A DNA stretch of 64,000 nucleotides, taken from an uncultured virus (IMG/VR IMGVR_UViG_3300028644_000008). Lineage: Duplodnaviria > Heunggongvirae > Uroviricota > Caudoviricetes. Location: the IMG/VR virus record IMGVR_UViG_3300028644_000008. One strand, 5' to 3'. The notes beneath the pieces were generated by a model, which worked only from the letters and a program-made list of their open reading frames with translations, had not been told where the DNA came from and did not search any database. A program made the position numbers and the translations under genes. The first letter of the stretch is position 1. Each line of letters begins with the position of its first letter. This document shows, one piece after another, positions 46,130 through 55,199 of the stretch.

Positions 46130-46471
46130 TCAGGCTACCAGTTCCTCCTCCACGACCATCATGAAGGGCAGGCCGTGCTTCACTTCCAGCTCCGCAATCG
46201 TTCCGCTTCCGATGGCCCTCAGCGCCTTGAAGAACTCGATGTGCTGGGCCTTGAGCATGAAGTCTGCTCTGCCCGACTCCGGACGGGGCCCATTCTCGGC
46301 CCCAAGCTTGATCTGCCGGACGACCTTGAGCGGCGAATCCAGTACCGGCTCGCCCGCCCGCACCCGCAGATCAGAGATGGTCCCATGGTTGATCCTTTGC
46401 AGGATCTCAAGGAACCGCCGCAACGTCGGAGAAAGCTGACTCTTCTGGGTTACGTCCCAACCGGCATGCAC
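46130..46471 (-). CDS. Hypothetical protein (two related beta segments)
   Basis: G.I..L.V..GEP and G.I..LEVKHGLP internal repeat. Confidence 0.65.
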   Translation of the reverse strand: MHAGWDVTQKSQLSPTLRRFLEILQRINHGTISDLRVRAGEPVLDSPLKVVRQIKLGAENGPRPESGRADFMLKAQHIEFFKALRAIGSGTIAELEVKHGLPFMMVVEEELVA

Positions 46472-46756
46472 TGTTCACCTGCCGTGGGGTCCCGCCCTCC
46501 CCCCACGGACCGGGGAGCCTCCAGAAGGAGTCCCCCGCCCACACAGTCCAATCGATGGTGCTACTTCCCATGACTGCCACTCCTCCTTCCCAGGCTCCTC
46601 AGAGCCAGCCCAGACCGCTATTGCCCGCGTCCAGCATCAGCTGGCAGCCCGAACAGGCCGCCCGCACCCGCACTACCATCCCCCCTTTGACCCGAGGCAC
46701 TCAAACCTCCTTCCTATCTTCTGCCCGGAGCCCATTCTCCGGACGACAGCCTCTCG

Positions 46757-47197
46757 TTAGGCAGTGACGAGCACACCCATCTCCGCCCTCACGCTCTCTG
46801 GAACACCGTCGCGGACCACGGCCTTCGGATGCATCCTGAAGGTTAGTCGCTCGAGGTCCGCCACCACCGCCTGCGGGAACGGATCGGACAGGCCGGCGAA
46901 GCCCAGCAGGTTGACCACGAACATCCGGACGGCCTCGGCCTTCTCCGCCCCCACCTCGCTTGGGGGCGCGCCGCAGACCTCGAGCAGGAGTTCGGCTTCA
47001 TCGCTGGTGGGCGGCGGTTCCGCCCGGTGCCATGACTCCCGCACCTCGGCTGAAAGCTGTTTGGGCGCACTCCGCCCCGCAGCGAGTTTGCCGGCTAGGC
47101 GGCAGGCTTCGCGCATGGGTCCACGAAGCATCGCCCATATGTCCGCGACGGAGAGCTCCGCCGGGATTCTCAGTTGGTTACGCAGATCTCGAGTCAT
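46757..47197 (-). CDS. Hypothetical protein
   Basis: GAGGAGG RBS; 146 aa. Confidence 0.55.
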   Translation of the reverse strand: MTRDLRNQLRIPAELSVADIWAMLRGPMREACRLAGKLAAGRSAPKQLSAEVRESWHRAEPPPTSDEAELLLEVCGAPPSEVGAEKAEAVRMFVVNLLGFAGLSDPFPQAVVADLERLTFRMHPKAVVRDGVPESVRAEMGVLVTA

Positions 47198-47312
47198 TGC
47201 ATCATCCTCCTCAAAAAGCGAGGGTCCGCCGTCTTGGCACTCGCCAGGACGTGGACCCTAATTCCCACTCGGGGGTAAAGGCAACGCTGCCCTTTAGGAC
47301 TGAGATGTCTCG

Positions 47313-47936
47313 TCAGTTGTAGGTTCTCAGGACGCAGACCACCACGCCCTGAATCGCCACCTCCTTGGCGTAGATCGGCTTCATCATGGCATTGGCCGGC
47401 TGCAGCCGCACCCGACCATCTTCGCGGTAGAAGTGCTTAACCGTGGCCTCGTCATCCAAGAGCGCCACGGCGATCTGGCCGTTCTCGGCAGTGTCCTGCT
47501 GGCGCACCACCACTCGGTCACCGTCCAGGATCCCGGCCTCGATCATCGAGTCGCCCGTGATCTTGAGAATGAAGTGCCGAGCGTTGGGAGAGCCGCGCAG
47601 CATGGCACGGTCGACCACTACCTGACTCTCGATGTTCTCTTGGGCCAGGAGCGGGACGCCGGCAGCGACGCGCCCGACTTCAGGGATGGAGGCGATGCTC
47701 TCCAGAGCGAGCGCCGGGGCGGCTTGGGCTCCAGCTAGCTGCAAGGACCTGGCTCCAAGCTTCCCGCGCTTGAGATACCCCTTCTTCTCGATGAGCTTCA
47801 GATGGCCGAATACAGAGGAAGGCACCATGCGGAAGTGGCTGCCGATCTCCCGGACCGTGGGCGGCATGCCGTGCTTGGCCTGGAAGGCCAGCATCCAGCT
47901 GAGGATCTTCTGCTGCTTCGGGGTCAAAGGACGCAT
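47313..47936 (-). CDS. lexA: LexA family repressor
   Basis: LTPKQ..PPTVREIG..HLK.IEKKGY HTH; VAAG cleavage site; GDSM (Ser) and TVK (Lys). Confidence 0.92.
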   Translation of the reverse strand: MRPLTPKQQKILSWMLAFQAKHGMPPTVREIGSHFRMVPSSVFGHLKLIEKKGYLKRGKLGARSLQLAGAQAAPALALESIASIPEVGRVAAGVPLLAQENIESQVVVDRAMLRGSPNARHFILKITGDSMIEAGILDGDRVVVRQQDTAENGQIAVALLDDEATVKHFYREDGRVRLQPANAMMKPIYAKEVAIQGVVVCVLRTYN

Positions 47937-47960
47937 CCGGCGCTCCTGCTCTCTAAAGGG

Positions 47961-47989
47961 AGTATAGCGAACGAACGTTCGCCTGTCAA
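47961..47989 (-). promoter_or_regulatory. lexA promoter TTGACA-N17-TATACT with Cheo-type SOS box in the spacer
   Basis: -35 at 47989-47984, -10 at 47966-47961; CGAAC-GAAC-GTTCG at 47968-47981. Confidence 0.85.
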
Positions 47990-48137
47990 TGGGGAACCAG
48001 CCAAAAAACGATGTCCCTTCGCATCGTCCTGCTCCACAACTGTTTGCGACGCATCGATTCCGCCGGAATCGGCCGGATTCGCGTGCGGCGCCCGGTGACT
48101 TGCCATATGGAAACACCACTCATGAGAGGAGACTGCC

Positions 48138-48503
48138 ATGACCCAGGTGGGGCTAACACTTCCCGATAGCAACCGCGGCTCGACAGCAGAGGCTCAAGAT
48201 CCCAGGAAGCTTTCGACTTCGGCCGAAATCGCAGAACGCTTGGCCGTATCCACGCGGACCGTCCAGCGGTTGGCCAAGAGAGGACTGCTGCCCGTCGTGC
48301 ACGTTACGGCCAAGTTGATCCGCTTCGATCCGAAGCGCATCGACCAGTGGATCAGCGAGAGCGCCCGCCGACCAAGACCGCATCGAAGCGTCGGACATCG
48401 AGGCCGAGGCATGGTGCTGAAGACGCCTTGCTCTGTGCCGGGAGCCGAGGTACAGTCGCCGGCGGTTCCGTGCGCACGTAGCGCGAAAGGAGGTCAATCA
48501 TGA
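48138..48503 (+). CDS. Excisionase-like HTH protein
   Basis: EIAERLAVS.RTV.RL..G.LP..IRF; ATGA overlap with the integrase. Confidence 0.75.
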   Translation: MTQVGLTLPDSNRGSTAEAQDPRKLSTSAEIAERLAVSTRTVQRLAKRGLLPVVHVTAKLIRFDPKRIDQWISESARRPRPHRSVGHRGRGMVLKTPCSVPGAEVQSPAVPCARSAKGGQS

Positions 48504-49540
48504 ACGTGCGCATTTACCAGAGGCTGCAAGGTGGACCGTGGTGGATCGCCTACGAGCGCAAGGACGGGAAGTACGTGAGGCAGAGCCTGAACACCAAGGA
48601 TTACTCGGAGGCCGAGAAGAAGGGCTACGCCATCGCGCTGGGCCTCGCCCAAGGTCACGCCGTGGTGGGAGACGATGCGACGGTCAGCCACTTAATCCAG
48701 AAGTTCCTCGGCCAGCCGCACACCCTTCGGCCGAGCTCCAGGAAGCGCCTGGAAGGCGTGCTGAAGAACGTCGCCAGCCGCATCGGGGCTCTGACCGTCA
48801 CCGATCCCGGGTTCCGCGCCGCCGTCAAGGCGTACCGGGCCATGCGGGTGAACAACGGGGTGTCGGTCCGCACCGCCAACTACGAGGTGCAGGCTCTCCA
48901 TCAGGTCATCATCTGGGCCCTCGACCTGTACCCCGGGATGGCCGACTCGCTCGCCGGCCTGAAGCAGCTCAAGCACTCGCGCCGAGAATCCCGGTCGCTC
49001 GATTCGGACGAGGTGCGGAAGGTCCTGGCCCTGCTGAAGACGCCGGAGGACGAACTGCGCGTGGGCCTGTTCCTGTACACAGGCATGCGGCGAGCGGAGG
49101 CGATTCACCTGTGGTGGCGGCAGGTCAACCTGGCCAAACGCGTCATCTGCATCGAGTCCCACGAGGGGTTCATCCCGAAGAACGGCGAGGCGCGCCTGGT
49201 GCCGATCTGCGACGCGCTCTACAACATCCTGGTCAAGGCCCCCAGGCGCAGCGACTACGTCCTGACCACCCGGAAGGGCCGGCCCTTCCACGCCGACGGC
49301 GGCAATGGCATGCTGCGCTGGATGAAGAAGCTCTACGTTCGGGCCAAGATCCCGGTGACGAAGGGCATGGGGCTGCACACGCTCCGGCACACCTACTGCT
49401 CGCACCTCGCGCGGCAGAACGTCCGGGCCGAATTGCGGGCGAAGCTGGTCGGGCACCGCGTGCTGGCCATGCAGAACATCTACACCCACACCACCCAGGA
49501 GGACGCGCTTGCGGCTGGCCGGGAGTTCAAGTATGCTTAG
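48500..49540 (+). CDS. int: Tyrosine recombinase/integrase
   Basis: TGMRRAE, PKNG, HTLRH, LVGH and IYTH catalytic residues. Confidence 0.92.
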   Translation: MNVRIYQRLQGGPWWIAYERKDGKYVRQSLNTKDYSEAEKKGYAIALGLAQGHAVVGDDATVSHLIQKFLGQPHTLRPSSRKRLEGVLKNVASRIGALTVTDPGFRAAVKAYRAMRVNNGVSVRTANYEVQALHQVIIWALDLYPGMADSLAGLKQLKHSRRESRSLDSDEVRKVLALLKTPEDELRVGLFLYTGMRRAEAIHLWWRQVNLAKRVICIESHEGFIPKNGEARLVPICDALYNILVKAPRRSDYVLTTRKGRPFHADGGNGMLRWMKKLYVRAKIPVTKGMGLHTLRHTYCSHLARQNVRAELRAKLVGHRVLAMQNIYTHTTQEDALAAGREFKYA

Positions 49541-49572
49541 GGTAGAGCAGCGGACGCGTCGGTTTCCGGGTG

Positions 49573-49607
49573 CATTGTACGTGGACTGTACGTGGATACG
49601 TACAATG
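49573..49607. repeat. Putative integrase arm-type sites
   Basis: TGTACGTGGA x2 (49576-49585, 49587-49596) within inverted repeat CATTGTACGT/ACGTACAATG. Confidence 0.65.
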
Positions 49608-49702
49608 GGGCCTCTTCTGGCGCTGGTGGCGCTGGTGTCGCAAAATCTCCGCTCGACGCATCCGGCCAAGTTGTCGCAAGTTAGCTCCCGCGAGTCACAT
49701 GC

Positions 49703-49743
49703 GGGCCCGTAGCTCAATGGTTAGAGCAGCGGACTCATAATCC
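49703..49743 (+). pseudogene. 5' half of tRNA-Ile2(CAT), truncated just after the anticodon loop; att site
   Basis: GGGCCCGTAGCTCAATGGTTAGAGCAGCGGACTCATAATCC, with no T-arm or acceptor 3' strand after it. Confidence 0.8.
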
Positions 49744-49805
49744 TACCGTCTTTCGCTGGGGCAGCAGTGGTTAAGTCCGGGGTGACAGACATCGGGCTGA
49801 CACCG

Positions 49806-49834
49806 TTGACGCCCTGGAGGCCCCGTGGTAGACT
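49806..49834 (+). promoter_or_regulatory. Sigma70 promoter for the moron gene
   Basis: TTGACG-N17-TAGACT followed by GAGGAGG RBS. Confidence 0.65.
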
Positions 49835-49866
49835 ACCAGAGGCAAGCAATTGAGGAGGCGCATGCG

Positions 49867-50364
49867 ATGACTTCGATGATCGGGAAGACGGGAGCTGGAG
49901 CGATCGCCCTGGGCGCGGTGCTGGCGGGGGCGGTTGGGACAACGGGCATCGACGGCGCGGGATCTCCGGCCGCCACGGCCGCGGAGCCAGCAAAGCAGAC
50001 CAAGGCGGAGCGGATTGAGATCCTGAAGAAGGACATATCGGGAGCCGAGTACGCCAAGCGCAGCGCCGAGGCCGAAATCGAGTCGGCCAAGAAGGCGGGG
50101 AAGAAACCCCACGACGGGACCCTTATCAATCAGCGCGTTCTCTCTGCTCGGATCGAATCGGCGCGTACGGAAATAGCCTGGCTCGAAGGCCGCCTGACCA
50201 AGGCCGGCGCTGAGACAAGAGCAAAGGCCGCCGAGGAAGCACTGAAGAAGGCTGAAGACGCGAAATCCGATGAGACAGTTATTGCGCCGTTGAAGGCCGA
50301 GCTCGATGTCGCCAAAAGGGAACTTGCGGCGGTGGTGGTCTTCGAGACTAAGGGCGAGTTCTAG
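49867..50364 (+). CDS. Exported coiled-coil protein (moron)
   Basis: Signal-peptide-like N-terminus, Ala/Lys/Glu-rich helix, own promoter. Confidence 0.6.
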   Translation: MTSMIGKTGAGAIALGAVLAGAVGTTGIDGAGSPAATAAEPAKQTKAERIEILKKDISGAEYAKRSAEAEIESAKKAGKKPHDGTLINQRVLSARIESARTEIAWLEGRLTKAGAETRAKAAEEALKKAEDAKSDETVIAPLKAELDVAKRELAAVVVFETKGEF

Positions 50365-50370
50365 CGCGCC

Positions 50371-51387
50371 TCAGGTATCGCCGTAGGTCAGCTTACCCGC
50401 ATACCGGAAGACGGCCTGGGGCGTGGCGTCTAATGTCCATCCCCTGGAAGTGCCATCGCTCCCCCAAGCCGGACGCGTGGTGGTGCTGCTCGGCCCTGCG
50501 TAGTTCGTGCTCTCGACGCCAGTCCCGCCTCCGGCCGTGTACGTCTTGCCCTGCTCGAAGCACTGCAGCTTGTTCTCATCGGTGTCGGCCCAGTCACCGT
50601 TGTTGTACCAATTGGTGGACTTCTTGGGCATGACGTAGTAGTCGATCTCCGCATCATACTCGCTGGAGAAGAGGGTCGCTGTCACCTTCGCGATCTTGCG
50701 TGCAAGCTGTGCGTGTTTGCTGCCGCTCCATTCGCCCATCCATGCGTAGGCGGCCGGCGGAACGCTCGTCCCCTCGGTCGCTGCGTCGAAAGCCGTCTCG
50801 GCGGCCGTCTTGGCCAGTGCGTAGGTGCTGCGGGCCTGGTCGCCGGAGTCACGGGAGGCCTGCGAGCTGAACGCGACGGCGCGATGCACCGTGGTCATCA
50901 GCTTCAGGCAGGCCTTGAGTTCATTCCAAAGGTGCGGGCAGACGTAGTCCCCAGCCTGGAATAGGCCGTACTGGGTCGTGTAGCCCCCGTCGCCGTCGGG
51001 CACGTGGCGCGTGAACCCCGAGGAGTTCAGCCCGGCCGCGGTCCGGAGGCTCGCGGCGCTGAAGTAGGTGAAGCTCGCCTGGCCGTCGTACCCTCCGGCG
51101 TAGCTGTTGTCGTGGAAGATCGCCGCCATGGCCTCGACGCGTTCCTGCATCCAGCGTATCGAAAACGTGTCCGTATCGGCTCCTTCTGCCGGCGGCCAGC
51201 TTGATCCTGGCGGAGCCGCCGTCGAAACCCTAAACGGTAGACACCCGGCCACAGGCAGCTTCCAAACACCGCCTCCGCTGGCGATGCGCCAACGCTCTCC
51301 TATCGCATAGATGATCTGGTAGTGAAGACCAGCCGAGCTCATGTCGGCCAAGTCGGAGGATTGCGTGTAGTCGGCCGCCCAAGCCAT
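50371..51387 (-). CDS. Distal tail / receptor-binding candidate
   Basis: Last late gene; weak motif similarity to 15883-16938. Confidence 0.55.
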   Translation of the reverse strand: MAWAADYTQSSDLADMSSAGLHYQIIYAIGERWRIASGGGVWKLPVAGCLPFRVSTAAPPGSSWPPAEGADTDTFSIRWMQERVEAMAAIFHDNSYAGGYDGQASFTYFSAASLRTAAGLNSSGFTRHVPDGDGGYTTQYGLFQAGDYVCPHLWNELKACLKLMTTVHRAVAFSSQASRDSGDQARSTYALAKTAAETAFDAATEGTSVPPAAYAWMGEWSGSKHAQLARKIAKVTATLFSSEYDAEIDYYVMPKKSTNWYNNGDWADTDENKLQCFEQGKTYTAGGGTGVESTNYAGPSSTTTRPAWGSDGTSRGWTLDATPQAVFRYAGKLTYGDT

Positions 51388-54281
51388 CAGCTATGGCCCC
51401 GCGGGTAGTCCCAGACGGCTTGATTCGAGGCGTTGAGCTGCAAGACCTTATACTGACCTGATCCGGATGGCAAGCCACTGCCTGAAGCTACGAGCTGCCC
51501 GGAACCGTTCTTCGTGATCGTAGTCCCGTCGACCAGGACCTCGATCTCCCCGGAGCTGAATCCCAGCCCCCCGAGGGACTTGATTAGGGCCTTGATCCCG
51601 TCCGCGTCCAGGCCAATGCCCTTGGCGGTGTTCGGCTTGACCTTGGCGGCGTCGCCGGAGAACTCCAGACCGGAGGCAAATGGGACTGGAGCATCCTCGC
51701 CACGCAGCAGGGACACGCGCCCCCAGAACTCTCCCGGGACATCCTGAGCCACCCAGATGCCCTTGCCTGCATAGACCTGGACGCCATAGCCGCCTGCCCC
51801 CGGCTTTAGTCCGGCAACCAGGGGAAGACACAGACCCTTCTTGGTGCCATTGGTGAGCTGCAAGAACACGAGCACCTTGGCCTGCGGAATCTCGCTGTCG
51901 GTTACCAGCGGATCCGGATTCCCGGCGAGCGTCAACCCCCGCTTGGCGTCGTTCCGGACCGCCTTCTTCTCCTCGCCCTCGGTGCCCGCCTGCGAGTCGA
52001 TGGGCGGCGGGACTCCGCCGAGGTCCCCGGTGCCCAGGCCGGCGGCGCCGCCCGTGGCCGGCCGCACCGGGAAGTTGCCGACGTGGCTCCACAGATCCTC
52101 GATCTCCCGCCCCTGGCGGAGGATCTCCCGGCCCACGGCGCGGAGGTCGGACAGGCCCGGGACGTCGACCATGCCGGCCACGTCGACCTCCCAGTAGCCG
52201 GTCTGCACGGTGGTCTTGCCGGCGGCGAAGTCCCAGGCCTTCGAGCTGACCACCGTGCCGACCTGCTCGTGCCAGTCGCTGCCGATCTGCTCGAGGTACT
52301 GGCCCAGCTCGTACTGGGCCTCGATGCGCTTGTAGACGATCTCGATCTTGGCCCGGGCCTGGCCGTACCAGGCCTTGGCCAGCGCCGCGATGGCCTGCAG
52401 CGTGGCGGTGTCGTCGCGCAGGGCCTGGCCGGCGGCCTGCCTGACCAGGCCGCCATCGGTCACCCCGACGATCGTCTCGGCCGCTATCCACCAGTACTCG
52501 GCGGTCGGCACGTCGATGACCAGTTCCCGCGTCCAGTCGAGGCCGTCGAACTGGGCCCCGTAGGCCTCCACGCGCAGGCGTTCGTCGGTCTCGCAGCAGA
52601 CCGTGGCGATGAGCGACTGCCAGTCGAGTTCCGGCTCCTGGTCGGAGTGGTTGCTGCCCTCGAAGTCGCCGGGGATGAAATGCCCCATGGCCAGCTGGTG
52701 GTTGATCTTCGAGGCCTTGACCTCGAAGCCCATCTCCGTGTCGAGCATCCGGACCGAACAGCTGCTGAGCTTTTCGGTGTCGTCGCCGTCGGGGTATTCG
52801 TCGTTCTGGCATCGATCCACCTGGTGCCAGCGTCCGCCCAGGTCCCGGCCCACGACCAGCGGCTCGAGGAACTCCGGCGCGGCCCCCTCCAGGTTGGACT
52901 CCTTGCGGATCGGCAGGTAGCGCAGGAGAGGGCGCGGGTGGTTCCAGTACTGGCCCTGCTCGATATCCACGGCGCCGCCGGTCAGGAGCGGCTTGGGCGC
53001 GCAGTTGTTGAAGAGGCCGCCGCCCACGCCGTCGCCGCTGAACCATCCCCAGGTGTCCGGAATGAGGAAGCACTGGTAGACGCGGGCGAAGCGGTCGGTC
53101 TTGCGCTCGGCGTCCTTCTGGTTGTTGTCGTCGCCGGTGACGTTCTTGTAGGCGTTCTCCTCGACGTCGTTCCACCCGCGCTCCACCGTCCCGTCCGCGT
53201 GGCTGACGGAGAAGCAGCTCTTGATCCGCGCACCCTGGACGACGATCTTGTCGTACTGCACCGCGTTGGTCAGCCGCACCGTGGCCTGTTCGACCTCGAT
53301 GTCCTCCTCGATCCTGGTGGGCGTCACGCGGTTCTCGTTGCCGGGGATGGTCAGGCTGCCGGCGGATATCGACTGGCCGAAGACGCTGAAGACGCAGATC
53401 TCGATGTACTCGGGGGGGCCGCCGAAGTCCTCGTAGTCCGGGTTCTCGGTGACGCGCAGGTACCAGCCCATGCCGCGCTTGCGGTCGACCAAGTGATTGA
53501 TGGCCTGGCGGAGCGTCTTGCCCTCAAAGCGGTGGACCGCCTTGACGTTGGCCAGGAGCTCGGTCTGGCCGGCCAGGCGGACCTCCGGCCCGTCCGCGGG
53601 CAGATGGTAGGCCAGGAGGTGCTCCAGTACCTGGAGGTTGTCCCAGACCCCGCCGTTGGCCTGGAAGACGTAAGCCTGGGACAGGCCCGCCCCGCGGTCC
53701 TCCTTGCCGGCCGAGCGGTTGCCGATGATCTGCAGGCCGCGCTTGCCCTTGACGTTGAAGTCCGGGAGCCACCCGATGGTCTTGTACGCGCCGTTGTCCT
53801 CCACGCGCGCGCCGCGCAGCCCCGTCCGGTCCAGCAGGAAGCCCAGCTCGTAGGCCACGGGGTTCTGATCGCCGGACGGTCCGGAGCGCTCGATGCTCTG
53901 GCCGGCATGCTCCACGTTGTCATCGGGGAAGAAGCCATACCACAGGCTCGTCGCCTTGGGCTTGTCCTCCGAGTCGTTGCCGGCCTCGTCCTCCGAGGCC
54001 TGCGGCTCGGCCTGGAGCTGGATCCTGACGTAGTGGTTGCGGACGTCGTAGGGCGAGACATCCTCGAAGCTGCTGTCGTCCTCGCGCTTGATCTCGCCGT
54101 AGGCGTAGCGGAACTCGGCCTGGCCGAGGTTCGGCTCCACACAGGCCTGGGCCCGGCGGGCCTCCAGATAGTCGACGGTCTCCCAGGCGTCCTCCCAGCT
54201 GCGCTTTACCTGGACGATGCGCCCCGGGTTCGGCCGGATGACTTCGCCCTCGGCGGGCGGCGGGATCTGGATGGTAGCCAT
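51387..54281 (-). CDS. Tail hub/baseplate-like protein with C-terminal fibre repeats
   Basis: 964 aa; coiled-coil/Gly linker then GLxF..V beta-spiral-like repeats. Confidence 0.6.
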   Translation of the reverse strand: MATIQIPPPAEGEVIRPNPGRIVQVKRSWEDAWETVDYLEARRAQACVEPNLGQAEFRYAYGEIKREDDSSFEDVSPYDVRNHYVRIQLQAEPQASEDEAGNDSEDKPKATSLWYGFFPDDNVEHAGQSIERSGPSGDQNPVAYELGFLLDRTGLRGARVEDNGAYKTIGWLPDFNVKGKRGLQIIGNRSAGKEDRGAGLSQAYVFQANGGVWDNLQVLEHLLAYHLPADGPEVRLAGQTELLANVKAVHRFEGKTLRQAINHLVDRKRGMGWYLRVTENPDYEDFGGPPEYIEICVFSVFGQSISAGSLTIPGNENRVTPTRIEEDIEVEQATVRLTNAVQYDKIVVQGARIKSCFSVSHADGTVERGWNDVEENAYKNVTGDDNNQKDAERKTDRFARVYQCFLIPDTWGWFSGDGVGGGLFNNCAPKPLLTGGAVDIEQGQYWNHPRPLLRYLPIRKESNLEGAAPEFLEPLVVGRDLGGRWHQVDRCQNDEYPDGDDTEKLSSCSVRMLDTEMGFEVKASKINHQLAMGHFIPGDFEGSNHSDQEPELDWQSLIATVCCETDERLRVEAYGAQFDGLDWTRELVIDVPTAEYWWIAAETIVGVTDGGLVRQAAGQALRDDTATLQAIAALAKAWYGQARAKIEIVYKRIEAQYELGQYLEQIGSDWHEQVGTVVSSKAWDFAAGKTTVQTGYWEVDVAGMVDVPGLSDLRAVGREILRQGREIEDLWSHVGNFPVRPATGGAAGLGTGDLGGVPPPIDSQAGTEGEEKKAVRNDAKRGLTLAGNPDPLVTDSEIPQAKVLVFLQLTNGTKKGLCLPLVAGLKPGAGGYGVQVYAGKGIWVAQDVPGEFWGRVSLLRGEDAPVPFASGLEFSGDAAKVKPNTAKGIGLDADGIKALIKSLGGLGFSSGEIEVLVDGTTITKNGSGQLVASGSGLPSGSGQYKVLQLNASNQAVWDYPRGHS

Positions 54282-55199
54282 CTACTGCCCCTGCTCCGCG
54301 GCCTTGGCGAACCACACCGACGCCGGCGCCGGCGCAGCCAAGTCCGGCAGACTAACCGTGACCTGGTGGACGTCCACGTTGTCCGAGTCGACGTGCACTT
54401 CCTCAACCGGGGGCTCCGCCTCCGGATCGGCCTCGGTGACCACCCGGCGCGCGCGGATCAAGACCTTGACCACCGCGTCCTCCAGGAAGGGCGCCGGCGA
54501 CGTCCAGTCGAGCCTGGCCACGCCATCCGACTTGACCATGTCGATGACGGTCGGCTCATCCACGCCCGGATCCGGGTCGCCTCCGTCCGAGGTCAGGTAG
54601 ACCAGGAACTGGCCGGCCTGGCGGGAGCCGTCGGCAGCGTAGCCGTAGGCCGCGCGGAGGCGCACGGTGAGCCCGGGCAGGACATCGAGCTCCACGTCCG
54701 CGGGCGCCGAGGGCCTGGCCAGGACCTGGTTACCGTCAGCATCGAGCTCCAGCACCCACTCGTCGAGGTTCTGGCTGGCCAGGTTCCAGGCGTTCCGGCG
54801 GCGCGCGACGAAGCGGTATTCGTGGGAGACATCGAGCGCGGCGGTCTCGTGGGGCAGGGCGGAGAAGCTCTCCCACGGCGCCGCGGCCAGGTCGGGGGAG
54901 GCGTCCACGCCGCGGTGGAGCTCGTAGCCGGCCAGCACATCGTTGGCCACGCGGTGCAGGCCTCGGCCCTGGCCGGAGCATGCGATGCAGACCGCGTGCT
55001 TCCCTCGACCCTCAGCCGAGAAGGGGATGCAGACGGCGTGCCTGCCCCGGCCCTCGGCCGAGAACGCGGCGGTGACGGCGTGAAGCCCCCGGCCCTGGCC
55101 CGAATACGGCCCGCACGCGGCGTGCTTTCCCCGCCCTTCGGCGGAGTAGCCCGAAGTCACCGCGTAGAGGCCGCGGGCCTCGCCGGCGTAGGCGGTCAT
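54282..55199 (-). CDS. Virion protein with six 14-aa N-terminal repeats and FN3-like domains
   Basis: (Y/F)S(A/G)(E/Q)GRGxHAV repeats; YRFVARRRN, PSAP. Confidence 0.65.
   Translation of the reverse strand: MTAYAGEARGLYAVTSGYSAEGRGKHAACGPYSGQGRGLHAVTAAFSAEGRGRHAVCIPFSAEGRGKHAVCIACSGQGRGLHRVANDVLAGYELHRGVDASPDLAAAPWESFSALPHETAALDVSHEYRFVARRRNAWNLASQNLDEWVLELDADGNQVLARPSAPADVELDVLPGLTVRLRAAYGYAADGSRQAGQFLVYLTSDGGDPDPGVDEPTVIDMVKSDGVARLDWTSPAPFLEDAVVKVLIRARRVVTEADPEAEPPVEEVHVDSDNVDVHQVTVSLPDLAAPAPASVWFAKAAEQGQ

Larger units (their letters stand above)
15883..47197 (-). mobile_element. Prophage 1 (siphovirus-like; replication, packaging, head and tail modules)
   Basis: Co-oriented primase, helicase, TerL, portal, capsid, tail tube and tape measure genes; lexA/xis/int at 47313-49540 may belong to it. 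Confidence 0.9.

Noticed and set aside
49703..49780. Intact tRNA-Met/Ile gene
   Set aside because: No T-loop GTTCRA and no strand complementary to GGGCCCG downstream
54942..55193. 42-bp periodic repeats as a CRISPR array
   Set aside because: In-frame coding repeats with no unique spacers
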